Shown: positions 15,354-23,433, counted from the first letter of the stretch. The stretch is 32,000 nucleotides of DNA from Arthrobacter sp. Bi26 (GCF_918697925.1 NZ_CAKKMF010000008.1:19384-51383); one strand, 5' to 3'. Notes: generated by a model not told the origin, from the sequence alone. Numbers and translations: made by a program.

Positions 15354-16328
15354 TCACAGCGGGTCCGCGGTGGTGGGAACGGCCACGGAGGGAACACCGT
15401 CGCGGAGCAGCAGTGGTAGAGGATCAAGATGCAGTGCCTTGTCCTCGAGGCAGGCCCCGGCCTTCCGGACGTCGAAGTGGCTGCGGCAGTGCGGGCAGCG
15501 CAACAGCCCGCCGCCCACCGGGGCCGCCAGTGCACGCTGCAGCGAGGCGCCCGGCATGGAATGGGTGCAACGGGGGCAGCGGTCCACAAACGCGTAAACG
15601 TCCGGGCCGATCCGGCAGGTGAGCACCTCGACGCCCGCCACCAGGAAGCCCGCGACGCTCCCGGACTCGAGTTCAGCGAGGGCCGGGACCGCCTGCCACG
15701 TGCCGGAGGCCGGCGTGGCGGCGTCGTGCGCCGTCCAGTCCGGTGCGCCGGCGTCGGACGGGCCGCCGTCGTGGCCGCCCAGCCCGTCCAGCCTGGAGCG
15801 CAGGGCACCGACCGGGATCAGGGCAGGTACGGCGGCGGGGGCCGCCTCCTCCACTTCGATGGCGGTCACCTCCGGCGCCGCGGTTTCTATCGCGTCCTCG
15901 ACGGCGAGTTTGAGAGTGACCGACGACGACGGACAGCCCTGGCAGCTGCCCAGCAGCCTCAGCCGGACGACGCCCTCTTCGCTGATGCCGAGAAGCTCCA
16001 CATCCCCGCCGTGCGAGCCGAGGTAAGGCCGGACTGAGTCGAGGGCGGCGGCGACCCTCCCGGGCAGGTCCACGGGGTGCAGTCCGTGGATCAGCAGCAG
16101 GCCGGACACCAACGGGTCCGACGTGAGAGCGGACACCGTTCCAGAATCGAGCACACCCTGCGCATCCAGCACATGCAGGATTCGTTCCAGCCCGGCACCG
16201 TACAGCTCCGTTACCTGCCGGACCAGTTCCTCTGCCCGGTCCCGGGCCACAGGACCGCCGGAACCCAGCGCATCGAGGAGCGAACTGATCCGTTCACCGG
16301 CCGAGCCCAACAGATTCTCCCGGTCCAT
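15354..16328 (-). CDS. hhyE: Hydrogenase-associated iron-sulfur protein: NifU-like domain fused to a Rieske-type [2Fe-2S] domain (HhyE-like)
   Basis: 324 aa. NifU C-terminal-type segment VRPYLGSHGGDVELLGISEEGVVRLRLLGSCQGCPSSSVTLKLAVEDAI. After an Ala/Pro-rich linker comes a Rieske-like pattern, C-T-H ... C-R-S-H (DRCPRCTHSMPG...LLRCPHCRSHFDVRKAG). It sits immediately downstream of hhyL (6-nt gap). Confidence 0.8.
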   Translation of the reverse strand: MDRENLLGSAGERISSLLDALGSGGPVARDRAEELVRQVTELYGAGLERILHVLDAQGVLDSGTVSALTSDPLVSGLLLIHGLHPVDLPGRVAAALDSVRPYLGSHGGDVELLGISEEGVVRLRLLGSCQGCPSSSVTLKLAVEDAIETAAPEVTAIEVEEAAPAAVPALIPVGALRSRLDGLGGHDGGPSDAGAPDWTAHDAATPASGTWQAVPALAELESGSVAGFLVAGVEVLTCRIGPDVYAFVDRCPRCTHSMPGASLQRALAAPVGGGLLRCPHCRSHFDVRKAGACLEDKALHLDPLPLLLRDGVPSVAVPTTADPL

Positions 16329-16334
16329 GGCGGG

Positions 16335-18128
16335 CTACTCACCGGTGAGCGACTGCGTGGGGGAGTGCAGCAGGTCCAGCGTCTGCCCGTCCCCCAGGTA
16401 CATGTGGACGCCGCACGGCAGGCAGGGGTCGAAGCTCCGGACGGTGCGCATGATGTCGATGCCCTTGAAATGATCGCGGTCGTTCTCCTCGAAGATGGGC
16501 TGGCCCTGCACCGCGTCCTCGTACGGACCCGGCGTTCCCTCGGAGTCGCGCGGGCTCGCGTTCCATGGCGTCGGCGGGTAGGGATGATAGTTGGCGATCT
16601 TGCCGTCGCGGATCACCATGTGGTGGGAGAGCACGCCGCGGACGGCTTCGGTGAAGCCGCAACTGATGGCTTCGTCCGGGACCTCAAAGGACTCCCAGGT
16701 CTTGGTGCGGCCCGCCCGGATCTCCTCGAGTGCCTTTTCGGCGAAGTGCAGTGCAGCGGCGGCCGCGTAGGCCTGGAAATAGGTCCGCGCCCGGTTGCGT
16801 TCCAGCGTGTTGCTCCACTGCGGGATCTTCCATTCCAGGGTCACCGGGCCCTTCAGCGCCGTCTTGGGCAGCTCGATCTGGACGCTGCTGCCCGTTGACT
16901 TGAGGTAGCCGGTCTCGACGAGTCCGGCAAGGGCGGTGGACCACAGCCGGGCAAGCGGCCCGCCGCCGGTATCCAGCGCCAGATTGTTTTCGCCGTCAGA
17001 CCACCGTGGCGACATTACCCAGCTGTACTTGTCCTCCAGGTCGCGCTTCTGCGGCCGCGGGTTGGTGTGCTGGTTCCAGGGGTGCCGGCGGTCCACCGGG
17101 TTGCCCAGCGGATCACGGGTGACGAACATTTCCTGGTCGCCCCAGTCCTCGTAGTACGACGAGCCCAGCATGATGCGGATCCCCAGATTGATCCGCACCA
17201 GGTCCGTGGTCACGAGTTTGCCGTCCACCACCACCCCGGGGGTGACGAACATCTTCCGGCCCCACTCCGTCATGTCCTTGTAGGCGAAATTGCAGAACTC
17301 CGGATCCTGGAAGGAACCCCAGCAGCCCAGCAGGGTGCGCCGCAGCCCCACATGCTCGTAACCGGGAAGTGCCTCATAGAAGAAATCGAACAGGTCGTCG
17401 TGCATCGGCACGACCTTCTTCATGAACTCCACGTAGCGCATGAGCCGGGTGATGTAGTCCGTCATCAGTTGGATCGTCGCCACGGTGCCCACGCCGCCCG
17501 GGTAAAGCGTGGAGGGATGGACATGCCGGCCCTCCATCAGACAGAACATTTCCCGGGTCATCCGGCTCACCTGCAGCGCCTCGCGGTAGAACTCCCCGGT
17601 GAACGGGTTCAACGAGCGCATGATGTCCGCGATGGTGCGGTAGCCGTGCTCGGCCGCGTGAGGGGCCGGCGTGTTCTCGGCTTTGGCGAGCACCGCCGGG
17701 TTGGTTTCGGAGACCATCTTCTCGCAGTAGTCAACGCCGACCAGATTCTCCTGGAAGATGTTGTGGTCGAACATGTACTCGGCAGCCTCGCCCAGGTTGA
17801 CGATCCATTCGCCGAGGTGCGGAGGCTTCACCCCGTAGGCCATGTTCTGCGCGTAGCAGGAGCACGTGGCGTGGTTGTCGCCGCAGATTCCGCAGATCCG
17901 GCTCGTGATGAAGTGGGCGTCCCGGGGGTCCTTGCCGCGCATGAAGATGGAATAGCCGCGGAAAATCGATGACGTGCTGTGGCATTCCACCACTTCGTTG
18001 TTCTTGAAGTCGACCTTGGTATAGATGCCGAGGCTGCCGACGATCCTCGTGATCGGGTCCCAGGCCATCTCCACCAGGTTTTCGCCCGCGGAACCGTCCG
18101 CCGAAGGCATCGGAATCGTCGAAGTCAT
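16335..18128 (-). CDS. hhyL: [NiFe]-hydrogenase large subunit, group 1h (formerly group 5; Hhy type)
   Basis: 597 aa. The N-terminal Ni-binding motif is TSRICGICGDNHATCS and the C-terminal motif is RSFDPCLPCGVHMY. I recall these as the group 5/1h L1/L2 signatures. Confidence 0.95.
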   Translation of the reverse strand: MTSTIPMPSADGSAGENLVEMAWDPITRIVGSLGIYTKVDFKNNEVVECHSTSSIFRGYSIFMRGKDPRDAHFITSRICGICGDNHATCSCYAQNMAYGVKPPHLGEWIVNLGEAAEYMFDHNIFQENLVGVDYCEKMVSETNPAVLAKAENTPAPHAAEHGYRTIADIMRSLNPFTGEFYREALQVSRMTREMFCLMEGRHVHPSTLYPGGVGTVATIQLMTDYITRLMRYVEFMKKVVPMHDDLFDFFYEALPGYEHVGLRRTLLGCWGSFQDPEFCNFAYKDMTEWGRKMFVTPGVVVDGKLVTTDLVRINLGIRIMLGSSYYEDWGDQEMFVTRDPLGNPVDRRHPWNQHTNPRPQKRDLEDKYSWVMSPRWSDGENNLALDTGGGPLARLWSTALAGLVETGYLKSTGSSVQIELPKTALKGPVTLEWKIPQWSNTLERNRARTYFQAYAAAAALHFAEKALEEIRAGRTKTWESFEVPDEAISCGFTEAVRGVLSHHMVIRDGKIANYHPYPPTPWNASPRDSEGTPGPYEDAVQGQPIFEENDRDHFKGIDIMRTVRSFDPCLPCGVHMYLGDGQTLDLLHSPTQSLTGE

Positions 18129-18153
18129 TGCATTGCCTCTCTGCTTAGCGTCC

Positions 18154-19212
18154 CTACCAGGTCCGCTTGGCGCCGGTCAGCAGTTCATTGCCGGGTTTGC
18201 GCCAGCGTGGTTCCTGGTCCAGCGTGTGCTTCGTGATGTTCCGCAGTGTCCTGATGGTCTTGCCGTAGGGCATGACCGACGCGGTGGACAGTTTGCCGCC
18301 AGGAGGTTCGTCCATGAACGGCATGAATTTGTCCGGGAATCCCGGCATCGTGCAGCCGATGCAGATGCCGCCCACGTTCGGGCAGCCGCCGATTCCGTTC
18401 ATCCAGCCACGCTTGGGCACGTTGCACTTGACCACAGGTCCCCAGCAGCCGAGTTTGACGATGCACTTCGGGGACCCGTATTCGGTGGCGAAGTCGCCCT
18501 GTTCGTAGTACCCGGCGCGGTCGCATCCCTCGTGCACCGTCTGGCCGAACAGCCACGTTGGCCGGAGTGCCTCGTCAAGGGGAATCATGGGTGCCTGCCC
18601 GGTGGCCTGATACAGCAGATATGTCATGGTCTCTGACAGGTTGTCCGGCTGGATGGGGCAGCCCGGGACGCACACGATCGGGATTCCGGCCTTGGACCGC
18701 CAGTCATATCCGAGATAGTCGGGCACCCCCATGGCCCCGGTGGGGTTCCCGGCCATGGCATGGATGCCGCCGTAGGTCGCGCAGGTTCCCGCCGCGATGA
18801 TCGCCGTCGCCTTGGGGGCCAGCCGGTCCAACCACTCGCTGGTGGTGATCGGCTGTCCGGTCTCAAGGTTGTTGCCGAAGGCAGCCCAGTAGCCGCCCGC
18901 GGCGTGCAGCTTCTCATTCGGGATGGACCCCTCCACCACCAGCACGAACGGCTCCAGCTCGCCGCGGTCCGCCTTGCGGAACCACTCGAGGAAGTCGTCG
19001 GCTCCCTGCTGCGGGCCGCATTCGAAGTCGATCAGCGGCCAGTGCATGGCGATTTTGGGGAGTCCGGGAAGCGCCCCGAGGGCTATCTCCTCGACGCTGG
19101 GCTGGGTTGCCGCCGTCAGGGCCACGGAGTCACCGTCGCAGCTGAGTCCGGCGTTGATCCACAGGACGTGGATCAAAGTTTCTTCCGCTTTCAATGCAGT
19201 AGCTGTAGGCAT
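18154..19212 (-). CDS. hhyS: [NiFe]-hydrogenase small subunit, group 1h (Hhy type), no Tat signal peptide
   Basis: 352 aa. The start MPTATALKAEETLIHVLWINAGLSCDGDSV runs straight into the conserved core without an RRxFxK leader. Multiple Cys clusters (GTCATYGG, CVPGCP, KLGCWGPVVKCN, GGICIGCTMPGFPD). GGAGG SD. Confidence 0.93.
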   Translation of the reverse strand: MPTATALKAEETLIHVLWINAGLSCDGDSVALTAATQPSVEEIALGALPGLPKIAMHWPLIDFECGPQQGADDFLEWFRKADRGELEPFVLVVEGSIPNEKLHAAGGYWAAFGNNLETGQPITTSEWLDRLAPKATAIIAAGTCATYGGIHAMAGNPTGAMGVPDYLGYDWRSKAGIPIVCVPGCPIQPDNLSETMTYLLYQATGQAPMIPLDEALRPTWLFGQTVHEGCDRAGYYEQGDFATEYGSPKCIVKLGCWGPVVKCNVPKRGWMNGIGGCPNVGGICIGCTMPGFPDKFMPFMDEPPGGKLSTASVMPYGKTIRTLRNITKHTLDQEPRWRKPGNELLTGAKRTW

Positions 19213-19269
19213 CGTTGCCTCCTTCGGAGCCCCGCCCTGCGGCTGCGGCTCGAATGTTGCGTCAGCAGG

Positions 19270-20205
19270 TCAAACGCGTAGTCCACCGGAGCGCGGTGCG
19301 CTCCCGACGGCGGCCGTCGCCGCGTGGGGATTCTTCCGGATCCACTCCAGCCAGCCATCCATGCCTTCGCCGGTGGTAGCTGACAGGGTCAGGACGTCGA
19401 CGCCGGGATTCAGCCGGCGCGCCTGGCCAACGCAGCGCTCGACGTCGAACTCCACGTAGGGGAGCAGGTCTGCTTTGTTGATGATCACCAGGTCGGCAGC
19501 CAGGAACATGTGGGGGTATTTCTGCGGTTTATCATCGCCCTCCGTAACTGAGATCACGACGACCCTGGCCGATTCGCCGAGGTCGAACAATGCCGGGCAC
19601 ACCAGGTTGCCCACGTTTTCGATGAAGACTGTGGAGCCGGGTCCAGGGTCCAGTGCGTCCAGGGCCCGCTGCAGCATCCCGGCATCCAGGTGGCAGCCTG
19701 CTCCGGTGTTAATTTGGATCACCGGCCGCCCCGTGGACCGGATCCGGTCGGCGTCCAGCGAAGTCTCCTGGTCGCCTTCAATGACACCGATGTCCAGTTC
19801 TCCGGCCAGTTCCCGGATGGTCCGCACCAGGAGCGTGGTCTTGCCGGCCCCGGGGGAACTCATGACATTGAAGGCCCGGATGCCGCGTCCTTCCAGCCAT
19901 CCCCGGTTCCGTGCGGCCAGGAGGTCGTTCTTGGCGAGAAGATTCTCCTCCAGGGAAATGAGCGTCCGTCCATCAGGCGCGTGGCTGTGCCCGTCAGGCC
20001 CGTGATCGTGCGGATGTTCGTGCCCGTGATCGTGGGGATGCGGATGGGGATGCGGATGCTCGTGCGGGGCTGCAGCAGCGTGCACCGTATTCTGCACTGT
20101 TCCGTCGTGCACTGTTCCGTCGTGCACCGTTCCGTCGTGCACCGTTCCGTCGAGGTCGGAAACCCTTGTTCCGGCGTCGTCGCCGCATCCGCACGTCGCA
20201 CACAT
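19270..20205 (-). CDS. hypB: Hydrogenase nickel-incorporation GTPase HypB with His-rich N-terminal extension
   Basis: Part of ORF 19270..20331. Start set at ATG 20205, giving the MCATCGCG N-terminus (the CxxCGC high-affinity Ni motif). GGAGG lies upstream and the start is 2 nt after the hypA stop. GTPase motifs SSPGAGKTTLL, IENVGNLVCP and INKADLL are present. Confidence 0.93.
   Translation of the reverse strand: MCATCGCGDDAGTRVSDLDGTVHDGTVHDGTVHDGTVQNTVHAAAAPHEHPHPHPHPHDHGHEHPHDHGPDGHSHAPDGRTLISLEENLLAKNDLLAARNRGWLEGRGIRAFNVMSSPGAGKTTLLVRTIRELAGELDIGVIEGDQETSLDADRIRSTGRPVIQINTGAGCHLDAGMLQRALDALDPGPGSTVFIENVGNLVCPALFDLGESARVVVISVTEGDDKPQKYPHMFLAADLVIINKADLLPYVEFDVERCVGQARRLNPGVDVLTLSATTGEGMDGWLEWIRKNPHAATAAVGSAPRSGGLRV
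20092..20151 (-). repeat. Four tandem 15-bp units ([C/G]TGCAC[C/T]GTTCCGTC) encoding (DGTVH)3-DGTVQ in HypB, adjacent to an HPHPHPHPH/HDHGHEH tract
   Basis: Read directly. Units at 20092-20106, 20107-20121, 20122-20136 and 20137-20151, plus a degenerate copy at 20077-20091. His-rich coding continues to about 19985. Confidence 0.9.
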
Positions 20206-20207
20206 AC

Positions 20208-20537
20208 CTATGCAACCTCCACCGACGTGACCAGGAGTTCCCGGCCGCTGACGATTTCGACATCGGCGCTGCCGCACGGACAGAGCAGAAATATGTCCTC
20301 GAGGACGAATTCGTCGCGGCAGCTGCGGCACCTGGCCCGGCCCTCGGATTCATCGATAGTGAGGGCTGCCCCGGCCAGCGGCGTGTCAGCTGAAACCACT
20401 TCGAAGCAAAAGCGCACTGCGTCCGGCAGGACACCGCTCAAGGGGCCGATTCGCAGGTTGACGCCCGTGACGGGGCGGTCGCCGGTCCGGTTCAGGACCG
20501 CCTCCACAAGACTTTGGGTAATCGCAAGTTCGTGCAT
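20208..20537 (-). CDS. hypA: Hydrogenase nickel insertion protein HypA
   Basis: 109 aa. N-terminus MHELAITQSLVEAV (the MHE Ni-binding motif). Zinc motif CRSC...CPCG. First gene of the operon. Confidence 0.93.
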   Translation of the reverse strand: MHELAITQSLVEAVLNRTGDRPVTGVNLRIGPLSGVLPDAVRFCFEVVSADTPLAGAALTIDESEGRARCRSCRDEFVLEDIFLLCPCGSADVEIVSGRELLVTSVEVA

Positions 20538-20561
20538 GAGCTGCTGCCACCTCGTCGTTTC

Positions 20562-20590
20562 AATGTAGGCCCGCGGGGTACAAACTTCAA
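20562..20590 (-). promoter_or_regulatory. Candidate sigma-A-type promoter of the hypA-hhy operon: -35 TTGAAG (20590-20585), 17-nt spacer, -10 TACATT (20567-20562)
   Basis: Hexamers read on the minus strand. The -10 ends 24 nt upstream of the hypA ATG, with GAGGTGG SD between them. The spacer contains the palindrome CCCGCGGG. This is prediction only. Confidence 0.4.
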
Positions 20591-20858
20591 TATGCCTGCA
20601 CTAGGCTCGGAGCCGCCCCTCGCCGGCTGTCTTCCTCCCGTAGCCGCTCCCGCCAAAGCTGCCGGCGTGCTCCGGCCGTCGTGCCCGGCCGGAGGCCGCA
20701 ACCTTCGACTTCAACCAGAACGTCAAGGCACAGCGCCCGCGCCAGTGTCAAGGTCCGGCGAATACCGTGTCGGGCGCTGTAACCTTGGGAGGAACGCGCT
20801 GGGCTCTGGGAGCCCGGAGGCGGCAATATGAAGCACGACAATCACCGTCATCGAAAGT

Positions 20859-21770
20859 GTGGATAGATACGTGAGCAGCGAGCAGGGTTCAGCAACTCTG
20901 GAAGGCACCGAATTCGACCTGGAAGACGCCGTTATGGGTCCCACCGGGCGGCCCCATCGCGACTTTCCGGAGCCCGCACCGCTGTCTTCCCACGGTCCTG
21001 CGCGGGTGATTGCCATGGTGAACCAGAAGGGCGGCGTGGGCAAAACCACGTCCGCGATCAACCTCGCCGCAGCCCTGGCCGAATACGGCCGCCGGGTGCT
21101 CCTGGTCGACTTCGATCCGCAGGGTGCCCTGTCCGCCGGCCTGGGCACTAACCCGCACGAGCTCGATCTCACCGTTTACAACGTGCTGATGGACCGCAAA
21201 GTGGACATCCGCGACGCCATCCAGAAGACCGGCGTGGAAAACGTGGATCTGCTCCCTGCCAACATCGACCTCTCCGCCGCCGAGGTGCAGCTGGTCAACG
21301 AAGTGGCCCGCGAGCAGGTCCTGGACCGTGCGCTGAAAAAGGTCGAAGACGATTACGACGTCGTCCTGATCGATTGCCAGCCCTCACTCGGGCTCCTCAC
21401 GGTCAACGCGCTGACCGCCGCCCACGGCGTCATCATCCCGCTCATCTGTGAATTCTTCGCCCTGCGCGCCGTCGCGCTGCTCGTGGAAACCATCGACAAG
21501 GTCCAGGACCGCCTCAATCCGCGCCTGCAGGTCGACGGCGTGCTCGCCACGATGTACGACGCGCGGACCCTTCACAGCCGGGAAGTGATCGCCCGCCTGG
21601 TGGAGGCCTTCGGTGACAAGGTCTTCGAAACCGTCATCAAGCGCTCCATCAAGTTCGCCGACGCCACGGTTGCAGCCGAGCCCATCACAACCTACGCGGG
21701 CAACCACGTCGGTGCCGACGCCTACCGCCGCCTGGCCAAAGAGCTGATCTCGCGCGGCGGCGCGCCCTAG
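20859..21770 (+). CDS. ParA/Soj-family ATPase (the ParA-like gene that precedes scpA-scpB in actinobacteria)
   Basis: Deviant Walker A VNQKGGVGKTTSAINLAAALA, then LLVDFDPQGALS. The start is uncertain: GTG 20859, GTG 20871 or ATG 20934. Confidence 0.9.
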   Translation: MDRYVSSEQGSATLEGTEFDLEDAVMGPTGRPHRDFPEPAPLSSHGPARVIAMVNQKGGVGKTTSAINLAAALAEYGRRVLLVDFDPQGALSAGLGTNPHELDLTVYNVLMDRKVDIRDAIQKTGVENVDLLPANIDLSAAEVQLVNEVAREQVLDRALKKVEDDYDVVLIDCQPSLGLLTVNALTAAHGVIIPLICEFFALRAVALLVETIDKVQDRLNPRLQVDGVLATMYDARTLHSREVIARLVEAFGDKVFETVIKRSIKFADATVAAEPITTYAGNHVGADAYRRLAKELISRGGAP

Positions 21771-21778
21771 CCAGGATC

Positions 21779-22726
21779 GTGGCAGGCGCCTTCTCTCCGC
21801 TAGCGGAGCTCGACATGCCAGCGACTCTCGACATACCGGCGGAGCTCGACACACGCGCGGATTCCGCGCAGTCCGCAGGCCCGGCCGTCCCCGCAGCACC
21901 TGACCTGGCTGCGTCGTCCGGGAAGAAGCCCGGATTCGAAGTGCGGCTCGCCAACTTCACCGGCCCGTTCGACCTCCTTCTCGGCCTGATCTCGAAGCAT
22001 CAGCTGGACATCACCGAGGTGGCGCTGTCCACGGTCACGGACGAATTCATCAAGTACATTCGAGGCCTGCAGCAGCTGGGGGAGGAATGGGCGCTGGATG
22101 AGGCCAGCGAATTCCTGGTGATTGCGGCCACGCTCCTGGACCTCAAAGCGGCCCGGCTGCTGCCCGCAGGCGAGGTCGAGGACGATGAGGACATTGCCCT
22201 GCTGGAGGCCCGGGACCTCCTGTTCGCCCGGCTGCTGCAGTACAAGGCCTTCAAGCACGTGGCCGGCATGATCGGCTCCACCCTTGAGCTCGAAGCCCGG
22301 CGGTATGCCCGGCAGGTTGCCCTGGAGGGACACTTTGCTGCCCTCCTTCCGGAACTTCTTTGGCGGCACACCCCGGAGCAGTTCGCTTCCCTGGCCGAGG
22401 CGGCCCTCAAGCCCAAGGAGGCCGCCCCCACGGAAGTAGGCCTCGCGCACCTGCACGGTACGCCCGTGAGCGTCAAGGAACAGGCCGAGCTGCTGGGGAA
22501 CCGGTTGCGGCTGGGGACGCCGCTGACGTTCCGGGCGCTGATCGCCGACGCCGAATCCACGCTGGTGGTGGTGGCGCGGTTCCTGGCCCTGCTGGAACTG
22601 TTCCGCGACCGCGCGGTGGGCTTTGACCAGCTGCTGCCGCTGGGCGAGCTGACCGTGCACTGGACGGCCGATGCCGACGGGTGGAGCAGCGAAAACCTGA
22701 GTGAAGAATACGAGGACCAGCCGTGA
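21779..22726 (+). CDS. scpA: Segregation and condensation protein A (ScpA kleisin)
   Basis: FEVRLANFTGPFDLLLGLISKHQLDITEVALSTVTDEFIKYI is the canonical ScpA N-terminal motif. The start is either GTG 21779 or ATG 21815 (GGAG upstream). Confidence 0.9.
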   Translation: MAGAFSPLAELDMPATLDIPAELDTRADSAQSAGPAVPAAPDLAASSGKKPGFEVRLANFTGPFDLLLGLISKHQLDITEVALSTVTDEFIKYIRGLQQLGEEWALDEASEFLVIAATLLDLKAARLLPAGEVEDDEDIALLEARDLLFARLLQYKAFKHVAGMIGSTLELEARRYARQVALEGHFAALLPELLWRHTPEQFASLAEAALKPKEAAPTEVGLAHLHGTPVSVKEQAELLGNRLRLGTPLTFRALIADAESTLVVVARFLALLELFRDRAVGFDQLLPLGELTVHWTADADGWSSENLSEEYEDQP

Positions 22727-23433
22727 ACGAACGATTGCCGGACACCGAACCGGACGCCGAACCGGACACGCGGCCGGACGTCGAGAGCCTGCCCGGCGGG
22801 GCCCGCGCGGCCCTCGAAGCCGTCCTGATGGTGATCGACGAACCGGCCACAACCATGGCCCTCGCCGCCGGACTGGACCTGACGGTCGACGTCGTCGAGT
22901 CCCTCCTGGCTGAACTGCAGCGTGATTATAACGGCTATACTGTTAATGCCCCGGATGCGGACGTCGCCAGCCAGAACAGCACCAACACCAGTAGCAACAC
23001 TGGCAAAACTGACGGCAACAATGCCGCCCCCCGGGGTTTTGAATTGCGGAATATCGCCGGAGGCTGGCGGATCTATTCCCGCGCGGAGTTCGCCGAGATC
23101 GTTGGCGGATTCGTGCTGGAAGGACAAACAGCCAGGCTGACGCAGGCGGCGCTCGAAACGCTCGCCGTCATCGCATACCGCCAGCCCGTATCAAGGGCGC
23201 GGGTGTCTGCAATTCGAGGAGTCAACGTCGACTCTGTCGTGCGGACGCTGACGCAGCGGGGGCTGATCGAGGACTCGGGAACTGATCCCGAATCCGGGGC
23301 AATCCTGTACCGCACGACATCGTATTTCCTTGAGCGGATGGGAATCGGCTCTGTGGCTGAATTGCCACAGCTTTCCCCCCACCTTCCGGGTCTGGAAGGC
23401 ATCGAGGAGTACTACGACGCAGGAAGAATGTAA
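22723..23433 (+). CDS. scpB: Segregation and condensation protein B (ScpB)
   Basis: GTGA overlap with the scpA stop. Motifs ALEAVLMVIDEPATT, LTQAALETLAVIAYRQPVSRARVSAIRGVNVDSVVRTLTQRGLIE and YRTTSYFLERMGI are present. Confidence 0.9.
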   Translation: MNERLPDTEPDAEPDTRPDVESLPGGARAALEAVLMVIDEPATTMALAAGLDLTVDVVESLLAELQRDYNGYTVNAPDADVASQNSTNTSSNTGKTDGNNAAPRGFELRNIAGGWRIYSRAEFAEIVGGFVLEGQTARLTQAALETLAVIAYRQPVSRARVSAIRGVNVDSVVRTLTQRGLIEDSGTDPESGAILYRTTSYFLERMGIGSVAELPQLSPHLPGLEGIEEYYDAGRM

